Origin: an uncultured bacterium
Lineage (GTDB): Bacteria > Zhuqueibacterota > QNDG01 > CAYUAG01
Reading direction: 5' to 3'
DNA length: 64,000 nucleotides
Assembly: GCA_964442615.1 (NCBI GenBank)
Contig: CAYUAG010000004.1
Coordinates: 3,922-67,921 of the forward strand
Positions 46,925-55,083 of this stretch are shown here, in pieces. Made by a program: the position numbers and the translations under genes. Below the pieces are notes generated by a model that was not told the origin of the DNA, searched no databases, and worked only from the letters and a program-made list of their open reading frames with translations. Positions within the stretch are counted from its first letter, which is position 1. Each line of letters opens with the position of its first letter.

Positions 46925-47870
46925 TCTGAATTATATTCTCCTGATGTCTTCTTCTAAGAAATTCTTGAAGTTCTTCAATACTGGGAGAAGCTGTTGAACC
47001 TCCCATCTTCGTTGTAGCAATAGCGCCACATGCACTTGCATAAATCAAACATTTTTCCAAATCACCATCTTGGAGCCACTGATATAAAAAACCTGTATTA
47101 AAACTATCCCCAGCCCCAGTCGTATCAAGTGACTCAACAGAATAAGCCCTGGTTTGTATAAGGGTTTCTTCTGTTTTACATACTGAACCTTTACTACCCT
47201 GAGTTACCACAACAATTGAAGCAAGATGATTCAATTGTTCCAAAGCTTGATTTAAATCAGATTTACCGCTAATATAAAGGGCTTCCTGTTCATTGGGTAA
47301 AAATATATCCACGTATTGAAGGACATCAAATATATCCTGTTCCCAGGTTTCTTCTGGATCCCAACCTGGATCTAAAGATGTGGTCATACCAGCTTCTTTA
47401 CATTTCTTAAACAGTTCTGTAAAACCGGATCTTAACCTCGGTTGCAGATAATAGGAAGATAAATGTAGATGTTTTCCTTGAAAGAGGTATTCAAAATCTA
47501 TATCACCTATACTGAACCGTTCCATAGCTCCCATATAAGTCAACATAGCATAGTCTTCAGGATAACTCATCACCACTGTAATACCTGTTTTGACATCATC
47601 ACTAACAAAAATACCAGATGTATCTACTCCACTGTTTAACAATTTATCCAATACCAGATCGCCTAAACTGTCACTACCTATCATACCAACAAAACCAACT
47701 TTCATTCCCAGCCGTGCAATATTGGTTGCAAAGATTGCAGAAGCACTACCCATAGTAAGCGTCATATGTTTAGCGATAGTTTCTTTTCCTATTTCTGGAA
47801 AAGATCCTATATCGTTCAAAATCAGATCTGCATTCAACTCACCAACAACAACCACATCAAAAATTTTCAT
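46917..47870 (-). CDS. PfkB-family carbohydrate kinase
   Basis: 317-aa ORF. The N-terminal 'VVVGELNADL' and C-terminal 'DTTGAGDSFNTGFL' are the two PfkB signatures. Confidence 0.85.
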   Translation of the reverse strand: MKIFDVVVVGELNADLILNDIGSFPEIGKETIAKHMTLTMGSASAIFATNIARLGMKVGFVGMIGSDSLGDLVLDKLLNSGVDTSGIFVSDDVKTGITVVMSYPEDYAMLTYMGAMERFSIGDIDFEYLFQGKHLHLSSYYLQPRLRSGFTELFKKCKEAGMTTSLDPGWDPEETWEQDIFDVLQYVDIFLPNEQEALYISGKSDLNQALEQLNHLASIVVVTQGSKGSVCKTEETLIQTRAYSVESLDTTGAGDSFNTGFLYQWLQDGDLEKCLIYASACGAIATTKMGGSTASPSIEELQEFLRRRHQENIIQNA

Positions 47871-47915
47871 TACCTAAACCTCTCAATTTTTATTTCTGTT
47901 CATTTATTATCTTTC

Positions 47916-48974
47916 TTAATTGATCTGTACCACCTGGGATAAATTTTTGGGATTATCAGGATCTAATCCTTTGTATTTTGCCTGATAGTATCCCAGTAAT
48001 TGCGTAATTGGCATATACAATATAAGCCTGGCATAATCTGAAACACCTGATTTTAATTCTACTACAAAATCACTGTTCTTTTTAATCTCCTTGTCAGCAT
48101 TATCGCAAATAACTAATATTTTCGCCCCGAGTTTTTTCATTTCCAAAAGAAGTTTCTTTTCTTCTGATTTACATTGTTCAGATAATAAAAAAGTTAAAAG
48201 CACATTAGACCCTGCCATTGACATGGGACCATGCCGGTATTCAAGAGTCTGATATGCATCAGATATTGATAATGACATCTCTTTGATTTTAAGCATAGAT
48301 TCAGCAGCTAAACCATAAAACGGACCTTGTCCTAAAAAAACAAATTGAGAAATCTCTAAATGGTTTACCAATTTCTTTATTGAATCATTATAATTATCTA
48401 TAAGGGCTTTTCCCAGGGTTGGTAGTTTTGTTAATTCCTGAAGAAATTTTTTATTTCCACTATAAAATCCACTTATATATTTTATTAAAAGTAACATGCT
48501 TGTAAATGAACGTGTCATTACTACACTTTTTTCATCTGCATCTTGGATAACAAAGGAATGATCAGCTTTTCTGACAAGATCACTCTCGGCTCGACAACTG
48601 ATTGCACAGGTTGAAAACTCTTTTTTTTGTTGTAATGCTTCTACTACCCAGATCCCCTCTGTTGTTGTTCCTGACCGAGAAATAATAAATATTGCAGCAG
48701 AATTTGGATTTTTTAAATTACTGAAGGTTTCAGGGAAAAAATATACATCTGAAGCAGTTAAACCTGATGCTCTTTTTTGAAAAAATTTCTGTAAAATCCA
48801 CGCACCTGTCAAAGATAAATAATATGAAGTTCCGCATCCGACAAAATAAAAATTATCAACCGGAAAATTTTTTTTCAATTTAATTACTTTTGTTTCTATT
48901 TGATCTGATTTATTAATGACAAACTTCCAGATATCGGGCTGTGATAAAATTTCTTTTAACGTGATATCTCCCAT
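47916..48974 (-). CDS. Double-SIS-domain sugar-phosphate isomerase/deaminase (AgaS/FrlB/GlmS-C-like)
   Basis: 352-aa ORF with GGAGG SD. 'FVGCGTSYYLS' and a second half 'FLGQGPFYGLAAESMLKIKE' show two SIS domains. Confidence 0.75.
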   Translation of the reverse strand: MGDITLKEILSQPDIWKFVINKSDQIETKVIKLKKNFPVDNFYFVGCGTSYYLSLTGAWILQKFFQKRASGLTASDVYFFPETFSNLKNPNSAAIFIISRSGTTTEGIWVVEALQQKKEFSTCAISCRAESDLVRKADHSFVIQDADEKSVVMTRSFTSMLLLIKYISGFYSGNKKFLQELTKLPTLGKALIDNYNDSIKKLVNHLEISQFVFLGQGPFYGLAAESMLKIKEMSLSISDAYQTLEYRHGPMSMAGSNVLLTFLLSEQCKSEEKKLLLEMKKLGAKILVICDNADKEIKKNSDFVVELKSGVSDYARLILYMPITQLLGYYQAKYKGLDPDNPKNLSQVVQIN

Positions 48975-48999
48975 TTTAAAAACCTCCGCAGTTTATAGA

Positions 49000-49764
49000 T
49001 TAAACAATAACTAATTCTATATCCATCTCCTCAATTTTTCTCTTATACTCTTCAGAAATTTTATTATCAGTGATAACTACAGCAATATCGACTGGTTTAA
49101 CAATCTGAGAAAGACTTCGGCGAGCGAATTTACTCGAATCCACAACTACAATTGTTTCTCTAGCCCTATTAACCATTAAACGGTTAAGCTGAGCTTCTAG
49201 AATATTAGGAGTTGTAAGGCCATATTCCATATCAAAACCATCAACACCAAGAAATACCTTATCAAAATAGAATTCCTTTAAGACTTCTTCTGCTTGAGGG
49301 CCTACAAGAGAAAATGAAGTCTCTCTAAGTGTTCCACCTGTGAGCATTAATTTAATACCGGCAACACTGGCTAATTCAATTGCTATATTGATTGCATTTG
49401 TCATTACTGTTAGATCTTTTTTCCCTTGAATATTTTTGGCAATCTCCATGGTTGTAGTACCTGAATCAATAATAATTGAATCACCATTATTAATAAGCTT
49501 AGAAGCTGCTTTGCCAATCCTTGCTTTCTCTTCCGCATTTAATTTTTCTTTTTCTCGAATAGCTGTGTCAAATGAGACTGTATCCCATCTTAAGGCACCC
49601 CCATATGCCCGATGTACTAATCCCTTTTTTTCAAGAAAATTCAAATCATTTCGAATTGTGACAGCAGAAACATCAAACATTTCACTTGAATCCTTAACTG
49701 TAACCCGACCTTTCTCTATTACAAGACGAACAATTTCATCTCTTCTTTCAGTTGTATCCATCAT
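49000..49764 (-). CDS. DeoR/GlpR-family transcriptional regulator (AgaR-like)
   Basis: 254-aa ORF. N-terminal wHTH 'RRDEIVRLVIEKGRVTVKDSSEMFDVSAVTIRNDLNFLEKKGLVHRAYGGA'. C-terminal DeoR sugar-binding domain 'IIIDSGTTT...VMTN'. Confidence 0.85.
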   Translation of the reverse strand: MMDTTERRDEIVRLVIEKGRVTVKDSSEMFDVSAVTIRNDLNFLEKKGLVHRAYGGALRWDTVSFDTAIREKEKLNAEEKARIGKAASKLINNGDSIIIDSGTTTMEIAKNIQGKKDLTVMTNAINIAIELASVAGIKLMLTGGTLRETSFSLVGPQAEEVLKEFYFDKVFLGVDGFDMEYGLTTPNILEAQLNRLMVNRARETIVVVDSSKFARRSLSQIVKPVDIAVVITDNKISEEYKRKIEEMDIELVIV

Positions 49765-49809
49765 TTACTTTCTTTTTAATGTTGTTTTATTTCGAATATT
49801 AATAAAAGG

Positions 49810-49824
49810 CTTTCATTGTCTTTC
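49810..49824 (-). promoter_or_regulatory. Candidate DeoR/AgaR-type operator: two CTTTC direct repeats 10 bp apart
   Basis: The plus strand reads CTTTCattgtCTTTC (49810-49814 and 49820-49824). It lies between the predicted -10 box and the deoR-like start codon. The T/C-rich TTTC cores recall E. coli AgaR sites (from memory). Confidence 0.3.
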
Positions 49825-49829
49825 GTCTT

Positions 49830-49858
49830 AATATAAAAAGAAAAACCACCCATGTCAA
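49830..49858 (-). promoter_or_regulatory. Sigma70-type promoter of the DeoR-headed sugar operon
   Basis: The reverse strand reads TTGACA (rc of 49853-49858), a 17-nt spacer, then TATATT (rc of 49830-49835). The -10 box lies about 65 nt upstream of the ATG at 49764. Confidence 0.5.
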
Positions 49859-50091
49859 GTTTTTTTTAAAAATTTTTGGAAAAAAGGACCAATATGATCC
49901 TCTTGTATGATTTAAAAATGTTTAAAAATACAAAACTGGAAATAATCAAAAAAAATAGAGCGGGAAAAAACAAAATTTATAAAACAGCAAAAAAATCTTT
50001 GAAATTTTTTAAAATTTAGGGTAATTTAAAAAAATTATTATAAAAATAATTAAGGATTCATAAAAAAAGTAATGAAAAAATAAATTGCAAC

Positions 50092-50146
50092 AAAAAAACC
50101 TGACAGGTTAGTAATCACTATTAAAAATTGAAACTAACCTGTCAGG
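50092..50146 (-). terminator. Rho-independent terminator of the MFS gene
   Basis: Perfect 14-bp stem cctgacaggttagt (50099-50112) / actaacctgtcagg (50133-50146) with a 20-nt loop. On the minus strand a 7-U run follows (A-run 50092-50098). The hairpin begins 34 nt after the stop at 50181. Confidence 0.75.
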
Positions 50147-50180
50147 TATGTATTAACGAATTCTAGAAATGTTAAAATTT

Positions 50181-51635
50181 TTATTGATTAGTAGGAAGTT
50201 CAATACCATACCCCTGCCTTTTATCAGATTTTTTAAGTAAAAAGGCTAAATATACAGAAATAATACCTAAACCAACCAACATTAAAATAGGTATAGTATA
50301 GTCATAAGGAGATATCTCTCCTATCTCCCGTAACTGATTAATTCTTTCAGTAATCTCTACCCGGGTTAATCCCTGAGCTAATAGTTGTTCTCGTATTGAT
50401 TGAACCTTCTCTACAACACTTGGATTGCAGAGATCAAGTACTGTACCAATACCCCAATAGAAAAGACCAAGACCATAATTCTGAATAGTGAACATAGTCG
50501 CATAGGCTGTACCAAGACGTTTTTCAGCAACTATCTTTGCTACGGCAGGCCACATAGCAGCAGGAACTAAAGAAAAAGCTATACCTAAGGCAAATATTCC
50601 TGAATATCCCAGAATAACACTGTTGAAGACTGAAAGAGTTAAATGTGCATATATAAGAAGAACAGCGCCAAAAATCATAAGAGAAGCGGCTTTACCTTTT
50701 TTATCAATAAAACGACCAAAAATTGGGGTAAAAATGATAGTTGCAAAAGGTAACAATCCAGTCACCTTTGGTCCGTTATGAAAAATTGCTCCAATCTTTT
50801 CCCATAATGACATTCCGGAAAGATCGGGCATAGCGGAGGTAAAACCAAATTTATTTATTAAAAGATCAGGTGCATATTGAACAAAAGGGAATACCGCAGA
50901 ATAAAAGGCTACACAGAGAAGAGCAATATAAATAAAAGAATGATTAGTTATAAGCTCAATTACATCCTTGAAATGGAAATCCTCCTTCTCTTTATCAAGT
51001 ATTTCATTTGCTTGTTTGTCCAGTTTAACATCAAAAATTAAATAGGCTATAAACATCAAAAAACCAAGACCAATTAAAGAGGCAGCAGTAATCAATGCTA
51101 CACTTAGCTCACCACCAGAGATATCAACCCCAAAAGAGACTGCCCCAAAAGTACCAAGCCGGCCTATCACCACATTAACTCCCATGGCAAGGGCAAGCTC
51201 ATACCCTTTAAACCATTTTACTACTATCCTTTGTATAAGAACACAGGTAGTCTCAAGCCCAACTCCAAAAAGAATTCGTCCACCCATCATAACCAGCAGT
51301 TTATTATCTCCCAAAATTCCTCTACTTCCCAGAGCAACAATTACAGCACCAATGGTAGCAATACTTCCAAATACCAGACCAGTTTTGCGAATACCCCACT
51401 TATCCAAAGCCATACCACCCAGTATAATCATCAAAGCCCAATTCGCCCAGGTAGTTGAACTAATAAGCCTTCCAAATTGTTCAGTAGTAAATCCAAGCTG
51501 GGTTTCAAACATCTGTCTTAAAGGACCAAGTCCATCCTGAAACCAGTAGGTTCCAAACATCAATCCACTAACAAGAAGCAAAACAAACCAGCGCATTGTG
51601 GGATATTCTTTTAACAATTTTTTTGTCTTTTCCAT
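50181..51635 (-). CDS. MFS transporter
   Basis: The ORF-track start 51650 is a TTG lying inside the SD. ATG at 51635 (MEKTKKLLKEYPTMRWFVLLL) follows GGAGAGGA. About 12 TM helices with a central loop. Confidence 0.7.
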   Translation of the reverse strand: MEKTKKLLKEYPTMRWFVLLLVSGLMFGTYWFQDGLGPLRQMFETQLGFTTEQFGRLISSTTWANWALMIILGGMALDKWGIRKTGLVFGSIATIGAVIVALGSRGILGDNKLLVMMGGRILFGVGLETTCVLIQRIVVKWFKGYELALAMGVNVVIGRLGTFGAVSFGVDISGGELSVALITAASLIGLGFLMFIAYLIFDVKLDKQANEILDKEKEDFHFKDVIELITNHSFIYIALLCVAFYSAVFPFVQYAPDLLINKFGFTSAMPDLSGMSLWEKIGAIFHNGPKVTGLLPFATIIFTPIFGRFIDKKGKAASLMIFGAVLLIYAHLTLSVFNSVILGYSGIFALGIAFSLVPAAMWPAVAKIVAEKRLGTAYATMFTIQNYGLGLFYWGIGTVLDLCNPSVVEKVQSIREQLLAQGLTRVEITERINQLREIGEISPYDYTIPILMLVGLGIISVYLAFLLKKSDKRQGYGIELPTNQ

Positions 51636-51923
51636 AAATCCTCTCCTCAATTTAATATGAATAAAAAAGAAAAATTAATTTTATTCACTGAAATAAAAGA
51701 AACTGAACTTAAAACAAAAATTATTAACTATTTCTGCTTATAAATACAACATTCATAAATAAACATAAATATAAAAAATGGATGGTAAAATTGCAAGAAA
51801 AGTATTAAATATTTTTTGGCAAGATATTTGCACTTTTTTAATAATACTAAATTAGTAAATAATGAGCCTTTCTCTTTAATGGCTTATTTTTTAAACGATT
51901 AGAAAGATAGGAGGTATTAAATA

Positions 51924-52934
51924 ATGTTAAGAATAAAGAAAATATTACCGCTATTGTTGCTTAATGTTCTATTTCTTCTCACCTTGCTAATGTTAACAAC
52001 TAACTGTGAAGAGATGATCAACGAAGCTCTTACAAAAGATATTACTTTTGAAGAAGAAATTATTAGTGAAGGAAATGCAAATACAACCAACCAGAAAGTT
52101 GTCTACCTCCTCACTTCCAATTCCAGCTTAACCAAAAACCTTGCTAAAATCAGTGAAGTTACCTGTAATCATTATTCTGTAAACCCGGACAATATTGAGT
52201 TATTTATAAAAATACTATCCGGCGGCCATGGTATTTTTGATGCGTCTTTTACCAATAATCTTTCAGTAGAGCAGACCTTGAAGATTTATTTCAGTACCTT
52301 TGGATCACTGAGTGATAGTGATTTAACCTCCCAAGCAACACTGTATGGTAGTTTTATTGTTCCTGGTAAGGGAACCAAAATTCTTGATGGTATTGAAGAT
52401 TTCAATGAATCCCTAGGTGATATTATCTCCAATCTTGTTTTATTTTTCTTGAATAATCTTGATATGGAGAAACTTTACATTTATGTAGCAGCCTCTTCAA
52501 ATCCTGTTGATATTTCTATAGATTATATAAATTTAGTTCTGGATCATGGTTATTTGATTACTAAAACTATCCATCCTTCTGACAATTATACTCAGTATCA
52601 GGAAAATGTGGATGAAATAAAAGAAATAGCTGTAAATGGAACTATACGGAACAATGGAACAGAATCAGTTACCATGAAATTGTATACTTATGCTCAAGGT
52701 CAATCTCCCAAATTGATAAAGGAGACAATCATCCATGCTGGAGAAGAACTGGTCATTGAAAATGTTGATGACTTTTTCTCTGAAGGAGAAATTAATAATC
52801 TTAAAAATATATTTGACCACCTTTTTGATCCTGGAGAGGCAATTGTAGTTGAAGTTTTATTTATTAGTAGTAATATTATTAAACTGGCTATAGAAGGTAT
52901 ATCATTTACAAGTACGGTAACAGTATCTTTTTAA
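51924..52934 (+). CDS. Hypothetical secreted protein
   Basis: 336-aa ORF with AGGAGG SD 8 nt upstream and a signal peptide (MLRIKKILPLLLLNVLFLLTLLMLTTNC). I recognise no domain. Confidence 0.5.
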   Translation: MLRIKKILPLLLLNVLFLLTLLMLTTNCEEMINEALTKDITFEEEIISEGNANTTNQKVVYLLTSNSSLTKNLAKISEVTCNHYSVNPDNIELFIKILSGGHGIFDASFTNNLSVEQTLKIYFSTFGSLSDSDLTSQATLYGSFIVPGKGTKILDGIEDFNESLGDIISNLVLFFLNNLDMEKLYIYVAASSNPVDISIDYINLVLDHGYLITKTIHPSDNYTQYQENVDEIKEIAVNGTIRNNGTESVTMKLYTYAQGQSPKLIKETIIHAGEELVIENVDDFFSEGEINNLKNIFDHLFDPGEAIVVEVLFISSNIIKLAIEGISFTSTVTVSF

Positions 52935-52960
52935 AAAATACCCTTTTCTGATTAAACTTT

Positions 52961-52996
52961 AAAGCCTTTTGAAAAAAATTTCAAAAGGCTTTTTAA
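52961..52996 (+). terminator. Rho-independent terminator of 51924-52934
   Basis: 14-bp stem aaagccttttgaaa (52961-52974) / tttcaaaaggcttt (52979-52992) with an AAAA loop and a T-run through 52994. It starts 27 nt after the stop. Confidence 0.6.
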
Positions 52997-53017
52997 TATA
53001 TGACAAACCTGAGGCAA

Positions 53018-53136
53018 TCTCAAAAGTCCCTACAATCAGCATATCATTCCGAACCATGATCCGGAATCTCTTTTATAAACAACGATTTATAAAAATTGTA
53101 TATTTTTAATCACTACACAAATATAGACTTTTGAGA
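53018..53136. repeat. Nested inverted repeats in a 370-bp convergent intergenic spacer
   Basis: The outer 11-bp inverted repeat is tctcaaaagtc (53018-53028) / gacttttgaga (53126-53136). It encloses hairpin attccg/cggaat (53046-53051 / 53062-53067) and the 9-bp AT hairpin ttttataaa/tttataaaa (53071-53079 / 53086-53094). Confidence 0.4.
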
Positions 53137-53307
53137 CAGCTCCAGGTTGATGGTATGTCAGGATAAAAAAAGTGAGCAGTATCGCTAAAGAGGTTAGGGT
53201 GCTGCGGAAATCCGCATTACTGCATTGATGCAAGATCTGACACCTCGGAATATGAACCTTGAACCGATGGTCTTCTACGTAAACTGTTCACCCAAAATTC
53301 AAGCTAA

Positions 53308-53634
53308 TTAGCTACTTTTTTTATTCATCTGGATGATATTACCCTTTTTACCTGAACTCTTCTTTTCTTCTGCAACCTTGGATAATAAAAATGGTGATAC
53401 ATTCCAGCGCTGCCCATGATCAGTAACTACAGTAACAGTTTTTTTATTATACTTCACTAATATCCCTAGCAGTTTGTCATGACCAGGTGGTTTAAAACTC
53501 ACCTTCTCACCTATTTTAAATTCCATCATTTCTTTATGATCATGAACTGCATGTAAAAATTTCAGTCTTTCAACAATACGATGATTTAACTCAATTAATT
53601 CATCTTCTGTTAATGTATCAATGTCAATCTTCAT
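53308..53634 (-). CDS. Small hypothetical protein (possible KOW/SH3-like fold)
   Basis: 108-aa ORF with a weak SD. It has an acidic helical N-terminus, then 'KIGEKVSFKPPGHDKLLGILVKYNKKTVTVVTDHGQRWNVSP' and a Lys-rich tail. Confidence 0.4.
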   Translation of the reverse strand: MKIDIDTLTEDELIELNHRIVERLKFLHAVHDHKEMMEFKIGEKVSFKPPGHDKLLGILVKYNKKTVTVVTDHGQRWNVSPFLLSKVAEEKKSSGKKGNIIQMNKKSS

Positions 53635-53733
53635 AAGATATCATTCTCTATTGTTTTTAATGTTTAATTCATAGGCTCTCAAGTTATTATTGGAGAAAGT
53701 TAGGTTATACTGTACTATATTTTCCTTAAAGCC

Positions 53734-54348
53734 TCAGTTGCTTTCATCCTGCTCTTTTTTCTCTTCCTTTTCTTCTATTAACATTACAGATTGAATGACA
53801 ACCGGTTCTACCGGAACATTCTGCATTCCATTTGATAAAGTATGAACTTTAACCTGGGCAATGTTATCAACAACATCCATACCATCTATTACTTTACCAA
53901 ATACCGCATACCCAAATTCTCTTGGAGTCTTTGACTTATGATCTAAAAAGGGATTATCAACATGGTTAATAAAAAATTGTGAAGTAGCACTATTGATCAC
54001 AGAAGTCCGAGCATAGGCCATAGTTCCTCTTTTATTTTTCAAACCATTTGTTGCCTCATTCTTTATGGGATCCTTTGTTTCTTTCTTCTGCATCTCCTTA
54101 TTATAACCTCCCCCCTGGATCATAAAATCTTTTATTACTCTGTGAAAAATTACTCCATCATAAAAACCATCTTTCACATAAGAAAGAAAATTTTCAACTG
54201 AAACAGGAGCTTTTTCCTGAAAAAGTTCAAGGGTAATATCACCCATACTGGTTTTCAGCAAAACTTTCGGATTCTCTTGAGCAATAAGTGAAAAAGGTAG
54301 TATGAGTAAAAATAAAACTATAGGTAATGATAATCTAAAACGCATCAT
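53734..54348 (-). CDS. Cyclophilin-type peptidyl-prolyl cis-trans isomerase, secreted
   Basis: 204-aa ORF. '[19 protein letters not shown]' and 'GTMAYARTS...ATSQFFIN' are classic cyclophilin motifs. A signal peptide is present. The start overlaps the upstream stop by 4 nt (ATGA). Confidence 0.9.
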   Translation of the reverse strand: MMRFRLSLPIVLFLLILPFSLIAQENPKVLLKTSMGDITLELFQEKAPVSVENFLSYVKDGFYDGVIFHRVIKDFMIQGGGYNKEMQKKETKDPIKNEATNGLKNKRGTMAYARTSVINSATSQFFINHVDNPFLDHKSKTPREFGYAVFGKVIDGMDVVDNIAQVKVHTLSNGMQNVPVEPVVIQSVMLIEEKEEKKEQDESN

Positions 54349-54881
54349 TTCTTTCTCCTTTTTTTATTAAATTCATTGAATAATTTCTCCCAGGTATTAT
54401 CCAACGATTCTGATATTACCTTGGTTCCAGCTATCACAGGCATACAATTAGTATCACCTGCCCATCTGGGTACTAAATGAAAATGGATATGAGTATCAAT
54501 ACCAGCTCCAGCAATGTTACCTAAATTCGCTCCAATATTAAATCCCTGGGGAGCCATAATCCTTATCAAAACTTGTTGAGAATATTGTATAATATTAAAA
54601 AGTCCAAGTTTTTCCTGATTAGAAAGTTCTGACATTTCAGAAGTATGTTTATAGGGAACTACCATAAGATGACCATTATTATAGGGAAATCTATTCATTA
54701 TGACAAAAACATGCTTGTCTCTGTATAAAATTAAATTCTCCCTGTCATTTGAACTCTTGGGAAGTATACAAAAAATACATTCATCATTTTTATGCGAGTT
54801 GGTAATATATTCGATCCTCCATGGAGCCCATAGTATATCATGACCTCTTGGTTTAATTTTATCCTTATCAGTATCAGACAC
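54345..54881 (-). CDS. HIT-family nucleotide hydrolase/transferase
   Basis: 178-aa ORF with an apparent GTG start. '[14 protein letters not shown]' and the histidine triad '[10 protein letters not shown]' support the call. Confidence 0.8.
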   Translation of the reverse strand: MSDTDKDKIKPRGHDILWAPWRIEYITNSHKNDECIFCILPKSSNDRENLILYRDKHVFVIMNRFPYNNGHLMVVPYKHTSEMSELSNQEKLGLFNIIQYSQQVLIRIMAPQGFNIGANLGNIAGAGIDTHIHFHLVPRWAGDTNCMPVIAGTKVISESLDNTWEKLFNEFNKKRRKK

Positions 54882-55083
54882 AATTATACCTTTTATTATG
54901 ATAATATGGTAATTTTGAACTAAGTTTCAAAACAAAATTATAGCTAAAAATTCTAGATCTCTGTATTTCTCGCAACTGGTAACTAATTCAAACTATTGGT
55001 TACTGGCTCCTGACAACCTGTGATAAGCAGACAGTAATCAGTCACCTTAAACGATTTAAAACCAAGTTTTAATTATCTTTCGA

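Noticed and set aside
49894-50019. 41-codon Lys-rich plus-strand sORF (MILLYDLKMFKNTKLEIIKKNRAGKNKIYKTAKKSLKFFKI) behind an AAGGA box
   Set aside because: It lies in an extremely A-rich spacer where AAA codons arise by composition. There is no support beyond the weak SD. It can be tested only by ribosome profiling or conservation.
53018-53260. Known RNA families in the long spacer: RNase P ('aaagtcc' at 53022-53028, 'agggtg' near 53201), SRP RNA (minus-strand 'GUCAG...GCAGCAC'), tRNA, tmRNA
   Set aside because: The spacing and the partner motifs are wrong or absent. There is no GGAAAGUCCGG/ACAGAA..GGCUUA pair, no GGAA-tetraloop helix 8, no 7-nt anticodon loop or T-loop GTTCRA with an acceptor stem, and no CCA-proximal tRNA-like end. 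Only a generic 'structured spacer' claim is retained.
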